Shown: in pieces, positions 18,878 to 28,366 of the stretch
Position numbering within the stretch: the first letter of the stretch is position 1
Layout of the letters: each line of letters starts with the position of its first letter
Translations under genes and position numbers: made by a program
The notes under the pieces: generated by a model
The model's input: only the letters and a program-made list of their open reading frames with translations
What the model was told of the DNA's origin: nothing
The model's database searches: none
Source: Candidatus Omnitrophota bacterium
GTDB lineage: Bacteria > Omnitrophota > Omnitrophia > Omnitrophales > Aquincolibacteriaceae
Assembly (NCBI GenBank): GCA_903856085.1
Contig: CAIOAT010000013.1
Span: 231,430 to 295,429, forward strand
Direction: 5' to 3'
Length of the DNA stretch: 64,000 nucleotides

Positions 18878-19147
18878 TTATTTCCTCAGATCAAGGCGAG
18901 CGATGATCTGCTGGTATTTTTCAGGAGTCTCGCTTTGAAGATGCTTCAGAAGCCTTTTACGGCGACTGACCATCTTGATAAGTCCGTAACGCGAGTGGTG
19001 GTCTTTGACATTTTTTCCAAAATGCCCGGAAAGACCGTTGATGCGCTCTGTGAGAAGAGCAATCTGCACCTCATCGGACCCTGAATCGTTCTTACTGATC
19101 TTATATTTTGAAATAATCTCTTTTTTCTTCGTCTTTTCCAATGCCAT
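18878..19147 (-). CDS. rpsO: 30S ribosomal protein S15
   Basis: 89 aa from MALEKTKKKEIISKY. The ORF-track extension upstream is unlikely. Confidence 0.85.
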   Translation of the reverse strand: MALEKTKKKEIISKYKISKNDSGSDEVQIALLTERINGLSGHFGKNVKDHHSRYGLIKMVSRRKRLLKHLQSETPEKYQQIIARLDLRK

Positions 19148-19511
19148 TTTCTTTCCTAACTCCTCGTCTTTGTTGGATTTACGTCTTTTTTTTAGTCTCT
19201 GAAAGTCTCGGGAGTATACCCTACCCCCCCTGCGTTGTCCAGATTTTATTGATCGGATCGAGAAGTCATGATTCATCCATCAAAAAATCAGCGGGTAATC
19301 ATAACAATCCTTGTCAACCATCAGAGAAATAAAATTAAAGACAGGGATAGGAGCATCGGACTCCTAACGAAACCGCCCTGGATTTGCATTAATTGAATCA
19401 ATCGGAAAACTTAGGCTGCGCTCATTCCCTTGAAAAATCTATCGAAAATCCGTGCGTCCCAATTCATTGAGGATGGGGATCCAAACACTCGCCCCAAAAA
19501 CAAAAAAAACG

Positions 19512-20513
19512 CTACTTTTGTCTGTAATAGCGCCTTGCGGCCCGCGCATCCTTCTGGATCTGAATTTTAAGAGCTCCTTCTGTTTGAAACTTCTCCTCCG
19601 GACGAAGAAAGCGGTGGAGAGCAATCTCCATCATCTCGCCGTAAACTTGTCCTTTAAAATTCAGCAGGTGGAGCTCAAGCACCGGCCGCGGGGTTTCCTC
19701 CTTGGGATAGGTCGGACGTTTCCCAAAATTCATGACGCCGGGAAGCCAATGCCCCGTGCCACGGACCACACGCCATGCTCCACGAGTTTGTTTTGAGTTT
19801 TCACGTTGTCCGCAAGATAAGAATCTCGCCGAAGCAATATAAACACCCAGTGGCAGCAAAATCTCGGAATGGACTTCGAGATTCGCGGTCGGAAACCCGA
19901 TATGAAGGCCGTGACCTTTCCCTTTGATCACTTTGCCAAACATGCTGAAAGGCCGGCCAAGACATTGCCCTGCTTTCTCGACCTCCCCTTTCGCAAGCAG
20001 TTCACGGACTCGGGAACTTGAAACGGGTCTTCTGCCAATCATGACAGGTTTCATTTTTCTGAAAAGAAAACCGTTGGATCCGGCGAGTTGCTCCATCAAG
20101 CCCGTGTCCCCTTCCCGGCCACGACCGAAATGGGCATCATGCCCCATGCATATCTCGCGAATATGAAGTTTTTTCACGAGGACCTTTTCTGCAAAATCCC
20201 GTGGCGTCATTTTTGCGAAATCCGGCGTGAAGGACTGCAGGAAACAAAGATCCATCCCGGCTTGCGCCAGATAAAAAAGTTTCTGCTCGATACTCGTGAG
20301 CATCATAGGTTTACGTTCCGGATGAAGTATGCTATGCGGGTGCTGAGGAAACGTCAGGACCGCGGCAAGCGCATGCTGTCGTCTCGCCTGCTGGGCCACA
20401 TAACGCAGAAGCTTTTGATGGCCTAGATGGAACCCATCGAAATTCCCAAGCGCCAGGATGATGGGCCGGGATGAACGGGGTTTATATTCTTGAAGATCCG
20501 GAATGATCTGCAT
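19512..20513 (-). CDS. ribF: Bifunctional riboflavin kinase/FMN adenylyltransferase
   Basis: GNFDGFHLGHQ nucleotidyltransferase motif and a C-terminal riboflavin kinase domain. Confidence 0.85.
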   Translation of the reverse strand: MQIIPDLQEYKPRSSRPIILALGNFDGFHLGHQKLLRYVAQQARRQHALAAVLTFPQHPHSILHPERKPMMLTSIEQKLFYLAQAGMDLCFLQSFTPDFAKMTPRDFAEKVLVKKLHIREICMGHDAHFGRGREGDTGLMEQLAGSNGFLFRKMKPVMIGRRPVSSSRVRELLAKGEVEKAGQCLGRPFSMFGKVIKGKGHGLHIGFPTANLEVHSEILLPLGVYIASARFLSCGQRENSKQTRGAWRVVRGTGHWLPGVMNFGKRPTYPKEETPRPVLELHLLNFKGQVYGEMMEIALHRFLRPEEKFQTEGALKIQIQKDARAARRYYRQK

Positions 20514-21225
20514 GGAGTAACGTGGCGCTTAGGGGTATCACTTTTTCGCGAAGTTGAGCCGGGGTAAAGTTCTTCAAGTCTTCGATCGTAACGCTCTGTT
20601 CCAGCTTGAAAGTGCCGCTCCGACGACGGCGCAGACGCGCCATTGTCGCATAACAGCCCAGAGACTCGCCCAGATCGTTCACCAGAGTGCGGACATAGGT
20701 GCCTTTGGATACATACGCCAAAAATTCTACGAACTTCCCTTCTTTTTTCTCAAAACGAAATTCATGCACCGTAACCGGTCGGCCGTCACGCGGCACGGTC
20801 TTGCCTTGACGCGCGAGTTTGTAAAGCCGTGTCCCTTCATGTTTGAGGGCCGAAACCATCGGGGGCACTTGAATGATGTCGCCGGTGAACTCGGTTGCCG
20901 CCTTGGCACGAATTTCTTCGATCGTAATGTGCTCCCAAGGTGCTTCTGCGGTTACCTTTCCGTGCCGATCGTGAGAATCGGTCTGAATGCCAAGTTCCAA
21001 CGCTCCAAAATATTCCTTATCGCAGGCGCTAAGCTGCATGGAATTCTTGGTCGCCTTGCCAAGGAGAAGCACCAAAAGCCCTGTGGCAAGAGGGTCAAGG
21101 GTCCCGGCATGCCCCACTTTTTTAATCCCAAAACGACGGCGCACGAACGCGCACACGTCATGCGAGGTCCAGTTCTCAGGTTTGTCGACAAGCAGAACGC
21201 CGTCGATGAAATTCACATCCATCAT
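20482..21225 (-). CDS. truB: tRNA pseudouridine(55) synthase
   Basis: GVLLVDKP and GHAGTLDPLATGLL motifs. Confidence 0.85.
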   Translation of the reverse strand: MMDVNFIDGVLLVDKPENWTSHDVCAFVRRRFGIKKVGHAGTLDPLATGLLVLLLGKATKNSMQLSACDKEYFGALELGIQTDSHDRHGKVTAEAPWEHITIEEIRAKAATEFTGDIIQVPPMVSALKHEGTRLYKLARQGKTVPRDGRPVTVHEFRFEKKEGKFVEFLAYVSKGTYVRTLVNDLGESLGCYATMARLRRRRSGTFKLEQSVTIEDLKNFTPAQLREKVIPLSATLLHADHSGSSRI

Positions 21226-21303
21226 GCGGTCCTTGTTGTTTGTTTTATTTTTTGAAGATCCGGCAAGGGCTGGGCTGATAACCCTCCATGGAAAACATCA
21301 AAA

Positions 21304-21660
21304 TCAGCCCGCCTGGTCCTTTTCTTCAATCTTGCGAATGACCTGCCCTATTTCAAAATCCTTGTCGAGCGAATCGTCCAACTCGAATTGAAGCTTCGGC
21401 GTGTAACGCATCTTGATCGCCACACCCACCTCATGCTGAAGAAAACCGGCCGCACGCTCAAGGACCTTGAGCGTTTCTTCTTTCTTCTTTTTGTCTCCCA
21501 TAACGCTTATGAACACCACAGCCGATTTGAGATCCGGGGTGATCTTCACGTGCATGACGGTCACAAAACCCAGACGTGGGTCCTTGATCCGTTCGAGGAT
21601 AAGACTGCCAAGCTCCATCTGAAGGAGCGACGCCACACGTTCGGTCCGTTTCCCTTGCAT
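21304..21660 (-). CDS. rbfA: Ribosome-binding factor A
   Basis: 118 aa. RbfA KH-like fold sequence RVASLLQMELGSLILERIKDPRLGFVTV. Confidence 0.85.
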   Translation of the reverse strand: MQGKRTERVASLLQMELGSLILERIKDPRLGFVTVMHVKITPDLKSAVVFISVMGDKKKKEETLKVLERAAGFLQHEVGVAIKMRYTPKLQFELDDSLDKDFEIGQVIRKIEEKDQAG

Positions 21661-21827
21661 AAAGCACCTCTTAATTAAAAAGGCGTTACTGAAAGCGCCA
21701 GAACCAGAGCCCGGCCTCCTCCATCAGCAACGCCTCCTCAATACTGTTTCTATTGGAATGTTATGGATCAACGACACCCGCACCTCTAATTCATCATTTC
21801 TCTTTTGAATCGGTGCTGGATCGATGA

Positions 21828-24038
21828 TTATAATTTCGCGGCAAACTTATCCATGCGATAGGATTCCAACATATCCCCTTCATGGAGGTCATTGAAACCT
21901 TCAAGGGCAACCCCGCATTCATAACCCTCCGCAACTTCTTTGACGTCGTCTTTGAAACGCTTGAGGGACGAAAGTTTCCCGTCAAAAATCACGACGTTAT
22001 CGCGCACAAGCCTCACGCGATGTTGTCGCGCTATGCGGCCCTTCATCACAATCGCACCGCCAATATTCCCGACCCTGGAAGACTTGAAGATCTGGCGGAC
22101 TTTGGTTTTACCTTCCACGACTTCCTTGAGCTCCGGCTCCAGAATACCTTCCATGGCCTTGCGGATTTTTTCAACCGCGTCATAAATGATGCTGTAAAAA
22201 CGGATGTCCACGCCTTCCTTCTCAGCCAAGGCCTGAGCCTTCGGATCAGCTTTCACATGAAAACCGATGATGATCGCATCGGAGGCCGCGGCAAGCATCA
22301 CGTCCGATTCGTTGATCCCACCGACAATGCCATGGATCACGTGAAGTCGACATTTTTCTGAGCTGATCTTATCAAGCGACTGGGTAAGCGCCTCGATGGA
22401 ACCTTGCATATCTCCTTTGAGGATGATCTTAAGCTCCTTGAAATTCCCCTCCGAAAGTTTGGAGTAGAGGCTTTCAAGCGACATGTGTTTCGGGGTCCCA
22501 CGCATCTGGCGCTCGCGGAGTTCGAGGATCTTCTGCTCGGTAATCGTTTGGGCCGTCTTCTCATCCGCCACGGCATAAACCGTCTCTCCCGCTTCGGGCA
22601 CGCCGTTCAAACCAGAGAGCTCCACCGCATAGGCGGGTCCGGCCTCACGCACTGTTTTGGCGCGATCATTTTTCATAGCGCGAACGCGCCCTGTATAGGG
22701 CCCTGCCACCACAATATCGCCAAGCTTTAAGGTCCCTTTTTGTACAATCACGCTCGCCACAGGGCCGCTTCCTTTGGAAATATGACTCTCAATCACAACG
22801 CCCACGGCCAAACGATCGGGGTTCGCTTTCAGCTCAAGAACCTCGGCCTCCAGAAGTAGCATCCCCAGAAGATCTTCGATGCCTTTACCGGTCTTTGCAG
22901 AAACTTTCACAACAATCGTTTTGCCACCCCATTCTTCAGGCACGAGTCCGATCTTTTGAAGCTCGCCCATCACCTTTGCGGGATTGGCGATCGGGAGATC
23001 GATCTTGTTCATAGCCACAACGATCGGACAACCGGCTTCCCGCGCGTGGTCAATGGCCTCAATCGTCTGCGGCATCACGCCGTCATCGGCGGCCACCACG
23101 AGCACGACCACGTCCGTCACGTTTGCGCCGCGGGCACGCATGGCCGTAAAAGCCTCATGGCCCGGCGTATCCAGAAATGTCACGTGTCCTTTGCCGGGGA
23201 TATCAACGCCATAAGCACCGATATGCTGAGTGATAAAACCTTTTTCCTTGGACGCCACGTTGGTGTTTCGAATCGCATCCAAAAGTGACGTTTTCCCATG
23301 GTCGACGTGCCCCATCATGGTGACGACCGGCGGCCGCGGCTTCAGTTTAGAAGCGTCCTGGTCTTCAGCGCCTCCACTTTCGATGATCGCCTTGGCTTCG
23401 TCCGCCATTTTTTTAATTTCGATCCCGAGCGCTTCTCCAGCCGCGTAAACGATCTCTTCATTCAAGAGTTGGTTCACGTTCGCAAAAATCCCGATCCCCA
23501 TGAGAGCCTTGATGACTTCCGGAATCCTTCGACTCATCTTCTGTGCTAAATCCCCAACCGTAATCGGAAAGCGAATCGCAACAACGGGTTTTGCGGGAGG
23601 CGGCGGAATGACCGGCTTTGGAATTTCAGGAACAACGGCCTTGGGAGCTTCTGGAGCTTTGTGTTCCGCGGGCTTTGGCTCAGCCTTCTTTTCAGCAACG
23701 GTAACAACCGGAGGCAATTTTTTTTCAACGGTCGGAACAGCCGCTTTTTGAATAACCGCGACTACCGGTTTTACCACCGGGGCCTTTACTTCCACGGCAG
23801 GCTTTATTTCCACAATCGGTTTTGATTCGACGGCCGCTTTTTTCTCAGGGGCCTTAACTTCTCCGGAAGGTTTTTTAGAGGCTGCGGTCTTGACGACGGA
23901 TTTTTTCTCTTTAACTACTTTTGTTTCGGCAGTTTTTGTAGCGACTTTTTCGTGCGTTGCTTTTTTCTCGACGGGGATTTTTGCGGCTTTCTTGATGGTT
24001 TCTTTTTTCTCTTTCACTTTCTCTTTCTTTTCAACCAT
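21828..24038 (-). CDS. infB: Translation initiation factor IF-2
   Basis: GTPase G-domain ([21 protein letters not shown]) after a K/E/P-rich N-terminal region. Start set at MVEKKEK, 1 nt after the nusA stop. Confidence 0.9.
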   Translation of the reverse strand: MVEKKEKVKEKKETIKKAAKIPVEKKATHEKVATKTAETKVVKEKKSVVKTAASKKPSGEVKAPEKKAAVESKPIVEIKPAVEVKAPVVKPVVAVIQKAAVPTVEKKLPPVVTVAEKKAEPKPAEHKAPEAPKAVVPEIPKPVIPPPPAKPVVAIRFPITVGDLAQKMSRRIPEVIKALMGIGIFANVNQLLNEEIVYAAGEALGIEIKKMADEAKAIIESGGAEDQDASKLKPRPPVVTMMGHVDHGKTSLLDAIRNTNVASKEKGFITQHIGAYGVDIPGKGHVTFLDTPGHEAFTAMRARGANVTDVVVLVVAADDGVMPQTIEAIDHAREAGCPIVVAMNKIDLPIANPAKVMGELQKIGLVPEEWGGKTIVVKVSAKTGKGIEDLLGMLLLEAEVLELKANPDRLAVGVVIESHISKGSGPVASVIVQKGTLKLGDIVVAGPYTGRVRAMKNDRAKTVREAGPAYAVELSGLNGVPEAGETVYAVADEKTAQTITEQKILELRERQMRGTPKHMSLESLYSKLSEGNFKELKIILKGDMQGSIEALTQSLDKISSEKCRLHVIHGIVGGINESDVMLAAASDAIIIGFHVKADPKAQALAEKEGVDIRFYSIIYDAVEKIRKAMEGILEPELKEVVEGKTKVRQIFKSSRVGNIGGAIVMKGRIARQHRVRLVRDNVVIFDGKLSSLKRFKDDVKEVAEGYECGVALEGFNDLHEGDMLESYRMDKFAAKL

Positions 24039-24039
24039 G

Positions 24040-25284
24040 TTACCCACCCGCCTCTTCCCGCCCCTTTTCAGCATCAGGAGCCTTCTCTTCCGTTTCTTCT
24101 TCCGCGGCACCCGCCTCAATCACCTCCGCAGGAACCGCACTCTCGACAACCTTATTCTTCGCATTTTTTTTGGTTGCAGCTTCCTTGGCCGACGCGAGAA
24201 TCTTTTCGGCTGTCTTGAGACCAATGCCCGGGATCTCGGAAAGCTCTTCGACTGTTTTTTTAAGAAGCTCTCTGAGCCCCTGGATCCCCGCTTCCTTGAG
24301 GATCTCCTCCGTTTTTTCTCCAACTCCGTCCAATGCCCCGAGAGGAATTTTTTGCGTAGCGCTACGCACGTCAAGTTCCCAGCCGATCAATTTTGACGCA
24401 AGGCGCACATTCTGCCCTTTTTTCCCGATCGCAAGCGACAATTGATCGTCTTCGACCAGAATTTCGGCGCTTTGCCGATCTGGATTGAGCGTGATCTTTT
24501 TTAGTTCGGCCGGCGCCATGGCGTTCTTGATGTAGGTCTCGATGTCGTCGCTGTAACGGATGATATCGATCTTTTCACCCCCGAGCTCGCGCACAATACT
24601 TTTGACGCGCTGCCCCCGGACACCCACACAAGAGCCAACGCTATCGATCTTTTCATCGGAAGAAGTCACGGCGATCTTGGTGCGAGACCCCGCCTCACGC
24701 GCTACGGCCTTGACCTTCACGAGCCCGTCATGGATCTCCGGCACTTCCATTTCAAAAAATTGTGTCACAAGGTCCGGATGCGTTCTTGATAAAATGACCT
24801 CCGGTCCTTTGGAAGTCTTTTTAACTTCCATCACATACGCGCGCACCACATTTCCCTGACGGAAACTGTCAAGCGGCGATTGTTCACGCGCGGGCAAAAT
24901 ACCTTCGGTCTTTCCAAAATCCACGATGATGGCCTTGGACTCAATGCGATGAACACTGCCGGAAACGATATCGCCCTGCTTATGGCTATACTCTTCAAAA
25001 ATGGATTCGCGCTCGGCTTCGCGGATCTTCTGAATGATGACTTGTTTGGCGGTCTGCGCGGCAATGCGACCGAAACGAGGATCGTGGATCTCTTTACCGT
25101 CGAGAAACATGGTGATACGAAAGGTCTTGGGATCGATCTGAACGTCAAAGGCATCTCCCTTTTCAGGCGAGCCCTTGCGACAGGCGGAGATCAGGGCGTG
25201 ACGAAGCGCATCCAAGAGGACCTCTTTGGTGATCCCCTTCTCCTTCTCTATGTATTCCAGTGAAGCCAGCAAATCTTGTGACAT
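24040..25284 (-). CDS. nusA: Transcription termination/antitermination factor NusA
   Basis: N-terminal domain plus S1 and two KH domains. An acidic C-terminus. Confidence 0.9.
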   Translation of the reverse strand: MSQDLLASLEYIEKEKGITKEVLLDALRHALISACRKGSPEKGDAFDVQIDPKTFRITMFLDGKEIHDPRFGRIAAQTAKQVIIQKIREAERESIFEEYSHKQGDIVSGSVHRIESKAIIVDFGKTEGILPAREQSPLDSFRQGNVVRAYVMEVKKTSKGPEVILSRTHPDLVTQFFEMEVPEIHDGLVKVKAVAREAGSRTKIAVTSSDEKIDSVGSCVGVRGQRVKSIVRELGGEKIDIIRYSDDIETYIKNAMAPAELKKITLNPDRQSAEILVEDDQLSLAIGKKGQNVRLASKLIGWELDVRSATQKIPLGALDGVGEKTEEILKEAGIQGLRELLKKTVEELSEIPGIGLKTAEKILASAKEAATKKNAKNKVVESAVPAEVIEAGAAEEETEEKAPDAEKGREEAGG

Positions 25285-25308
25285 TTTGTCCCTGCTCTCC
25301 TCGGTATT

Positions 25309-25347
25309 TTGAGAAAAAAAAGAAGTGGGTTTGTGCGCCCACTTCTT
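25309..25347 (-). terminator. Intrinsic-terminator-like hairpin (10-bp stem, 8-nt loop) followed by a U8 tract on the minus strand, ending ~25 nt upstream of the nusA ATG
   Basis: Plus strand reads AAGAAGTGGG tttgtgcg CCCACTTCTT, preceded by GAGAAAAAAAA. On the minus strand this is a stem-loop followed by a TTTTTTTT tract. Confidence 0.5.
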
Positions 25348-25507
25348 CGCATTCCCAAAATTGATGGACGTATTATATGAAGAATCCCGCGAAAGTCAAC
25401 GAGAGTATGTTGGACCCTCCTTGAGGGGGAAGAGATCAAACGAAGGCTTTTTTTATTCTAACTCTTTGTCAGAAAAAGAGTTACGTGTAAATATTTTTTG
25501 ACAGGTG

Positions 25508-26410
25508 CTAAGAATTTTGATTCGGAGGAATCCGCCAGCGACGATGGGCCCAAAGCCAGTCGCCGGGCCGTTTTCGTATCTCTTCCTCGATCTTCGCAAC
25601 ATACTGCTGGGTATTGGCCAAAAGGTCTGCCTGAAGGTCCCCGGTCCTGATCAGCGGAAACAACGGACCATATTTAATTTTCGAATAACCATTCTCGTCG
25701 CGATAAAAGAACGCCGGCAGCACCGGATATTCATATTTAAGAGCAAGCATCGCAGGCAGCATACTCGTAGCGGCTTTACGTCCAAAAAAATCCACACGCA
25801 CCGACCCCCGACTTTCATGCTGGTCGATAAGCACCGCAAGGATCCCTCGCTGCTTGAGCACCTCGATGGAAGATCGCACGGCGCCTGACTTCTCGATATT
25901 GGTCAGATTCGCCGCTTCGCGCATTTCCTGAATATAACGGTAAAGATAAGGATTCTTCAACGGACGGCCCACCGCGTGCACATGAAGCCCGTATTTTTTA
26001 ATGGGGATCGCAAGCCACTCCCAATTTCCAAAATGCGAAACGATCGCGATAAAACCGCCTTTTTTATCCACGGCTTCCATAAGCGCCGTCACCTCGGGCG
26101 GCTCGATATAGCGCTCGGGATTGGCAGACGCTTCAGGCGTGCGAATAAATTCGACGGCAAGCTTGCAGAGGTTCTGTATCGATTGCTCAGCGATCCGGAG
26201 AAGCTCGGATTCTTTTTTTCCATCTCCAAACGCAAGCCGAAGATTTTTCATCATAGTTTCGCGCCGAATGCCAAGCACCCTGACAGCGAACACTCCGAGG
26301 GCATCCGCAATCCTGTAACTTATCCGAAGCGGAATGAGACGGAGGAGAAATGCCAAAAGCCTGAAGGCGGCATATTCGAGGAGGTAACAGATTTTTTGAA
26401 TAGGAGTCAT
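25508..26410 (-). CDS. Lipid A biosynthesis acyltransferase (LpxL/HtrB/MsbB family)
   Basis: 300 aa with the HFGNWEW acyltransferase motif and an N-terminal membrane anchor. Confidence 0.65.
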   Translation of the reverse strand: MTPIQKICYLLEYAAFRLLAFLLRLIPLRISYRIADALGVFAVRVLGIRRETMMKNLRLAFGDGKKESELLRIAEQSIQNLCKLAVEFIRTPEASANPERYIEPPEVTALMEAVDKKGGFIAIVSHFGNWEWLAIPIKKYGLHVHAVGRPLKNPYLYRYIQEMREAANLTNIEKSGAVRSSIEVLKQRGILAVLIDQHESRGSVRVDFFGRKAATSMLPAMLALKYEYPVLPAFFYRDENGYSKIKYGPLFPLIRTGDLQADLLANTQQYVAKIEEEIRKRPGDWLWAHRRWRIPPNQNS

Positions 26411-26570
26411 AAGAAGAATTATATTGTTAGGAGCGCCCTAAACTACATCGGAGTCAGAACTGCGTTTCGATCTTCGTTCGGCGCTTTCTTCTCGCGACTC
26501 AAAAAGAGTGCGGTCGCCGTACAAGGTTTTCCTTAAAAAGTGACGGCGCCGTGTTGATTCATTAGAAATC

Positions 26571-26641
26571 AGCGGGCAGCGGGAATCGAACCCGCATGAC
26601 TAGCTTGGAAGGCTAGGACATTACCATTATGCTATGCCCGC
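26571..26641 (-). tRNA. tRNA-Gly (anticodon TCC)
   Basis: Cloverleaf reads GCGGGCA..CTAGC-CTTCCAA-GCTAG..GCGGG-TTCGATT-CCCGC-TGCCCGC-T. Anticodon loop CTTCCAA. Confidence 0.8.
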
Positions 26642-26805
26642 ATGTTGGACGCACGAAACGGGAGTCATTCTAATCAAGAAAAGCGATGCTAGCAACTCTC
26701 TTTAGCTTGCTAATGTAAACTAAAGCTTTGCGACAAAAGTCTTAAAGACGTATCGCGTGAGTCTGGAGTCTGCTCAGACTTTTGTTTGCATTTACTGACT
26801 GGCAA

Positions 26806-27657
26806 TCAGGATTGCCCTGCTTTCCGCTCGGCGCCAATGGATGGAGACTGTGTCCGCGGATCCCCGATCCTCTCCGGCTGGTACATCCATCTTGTGAAAA
26901 ACACGGTGAGACGCCGTGGACCCAACCTCTCGGCGTAAATCATGAGTTTGTTCCAAAAGCCATAGATCGCCGACGGCTGGTTGGTCTTCAAAAATTTTCT
27001 AAGCGCGAATCGCGCGACATCGGCAGCCGACGCGCTAAAAAACATACGCTGTTTATCGATCCCTGCGGTCTGGTGGAAACGCGTCATTGTATTTCCAGGA
27101 CAAAGACAAAAAATACGCACGCCGCGGTTTTGACATTCTCCCCAAAGCGCCTCAGAAAAATTAAGCACGAATGCCTTGGTCGCTGCGTAGACCGAAAGAA
27201 AAGGAAGCGGTTGAAAGCCAGCCGTAGAAGCCACGTTCAAAACTCCCCCTGTTTTTCTTTCTAACATCGACGGAAGAAAAAGCCTCGTCAAATGCGTCAG
27301 GGCATGAATGTTCAGGTCTAGCATAGCGCCCGTATCTTCAAAACTCGCCGCTTCAAAGGAGCCGTAATGCGCGAGACCGGCGTTATTCACAAGGACGTCC
27401 ACGGTAATCCCGCTTTTCTGGATCCATGCAAAAAGTTCCAGGCGATCTTCTAGACACGCCAGATCCTCGGGAAAAACGTGCACGTTCACGCCAAAACGTG
27501 TCCTGAGATCTTCCGCTTCCTGTTCCAATCGTTGGGCATTGCGCGAGACAAGGACCAGATGGGCACCCTGCAAGGCCAATTCCCGAGCCAGGGCCTTTCC
27601 GATTCCGGAGGAGGCGCCCGTGACAAGCGCGGTAATCTTCTTAAAGGATCGCATCAT
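26806..27657 (-). CDS. Short-chain dehydrogenase/reductase (SDR) family oxidoreductase
   Basis: TGASSGIG Rossmann motif, NNAG, and a YxxxK region. Confidence 0.8.
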   Translation of the reverse strand: MMRSFKKITALVTGASSGIGKALARELALQGAHLVLVSRNAQRLEQEAEDLRTRFGVNVHVFPEDLACLEDRLELFAWIQKSGITVDVLVNNAGLAHYGSFEAASFEDTGAMLDLNIHALTHLTRLFLPSMLERKTGGVLNVASTAGFQPLPFLSVYAATKAFVLNFSEALWGECQNRGVRIFCLCPGNTMTRFHQTAGIDKQRMFFSASAADVARFALRKFLKTNQPSAIYGFWNKLMIYAERLGPRRLTVFFTRWMYQPERIGDPRTQSPSIGAERKAGQS

Positions 27658-27662
27658 AATCC

Positions 27663-27767
27663 AATGAAAATCATGGCGCCCAGATTCTCCTTGAGTTGTT
27701 GATCGGAAGCCAGGACAGTCATGATTCCTTATTATGTTCCAATTTAATGAAAATCATGGCGCCCAGA
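27663..27767. repeat. Exact 22-bp direct repeat AATGAAAATCATGGCGCCCAGA, copies at 27663..27684 and 27746..27767
   Basis: Copy 2 is the last seven codons plus stop of recR (minus strand). Copy 1 forms the 5' leader immediately upstream of the SDR start. Confidence 0.8.
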
Positions 27768-28346
27768 AAAGGCGCGGGAAAGTGTAGCCTGGTCTGTATA
27801 TTCGATGTGACTGCCGACCGGGATGCCGCGCGCAAGGCGCGTCACTTTCACCTTGGAAGGCGCCAAAACCTTCGCGAGATAGAGCGCGGTCGTATCCCCT
27901 TCGGTGTTGGGGTTTGTCGCAAGAATGATTTCCCGGATTTTTTTTTGCTTTACACGTTCCAGCAGATCTTGAATGCAGATCTGATCCGGTCCGATCCCGT
28001 CCAGCGGCGACAGCGCCCCAAGAAGAACGTGATAGACCCCGGGATGGCTTCCGGTCTTTTCGATCGCTACAACATCCTTGGGATCCTCGACCACACAAAT
28101 AAGACCCTGGTCGCGACCCGGATCCGAACAGACGTGGCAAAGCTTCTGATCCGAAAAATTATGGCAAACACTGCAAAAAACCACGCTCTCGCGAAGTTGT
28201 TTGATGAGCTCCCCGAGCGTGAGAGCTTCTTCTTTTTTCGTTTTTAGGAGATAAAAAACCATGCGCTCGGCCGAACGCTTACCAATCCCTGGCAGTTTAG
28301 AGAGCGCATCGACCAATTTTGTCATTAACTCAGAATAGGCTTTCAT
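27744..28346 (-). CDS. recR: Recombination protein RecR
   Basis: HhH motif PGIGKRSAERM, a C4 zinc finger CSVCHNFSDQKLCHVC, and a Toprim region. Confidence 0.9.
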   Translation of the reverse strand: MKAYSELMTKLVDALSKLPGIGKRSAERMVFYLLKTKKEEALTLGELIKQLRESVVFCSVCHNFSDQKLCHVCSDPGRDQGLICVVEDPKDVVAIEKTGSHPGVYHVLLGALSPLDGIGPDQICIQDLLERVKQKKIREIILATNPNTEGDTTALYLAKVLAPSKVKVTRLARGIPVGSHIEYTDQATLSRAFSGRHDFH

Positions 28347-28366
28347 GGCGTGGGCTTTCGGAGAGG

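Noticed and set aside
26740-26805. GAGTCTG...CAGACTT hairpin after the SDR gene as a terminator
   Set aside because: The stem is imperfect and no convincing U-tract lies on the relevant strand. I am not confident enough to call it.
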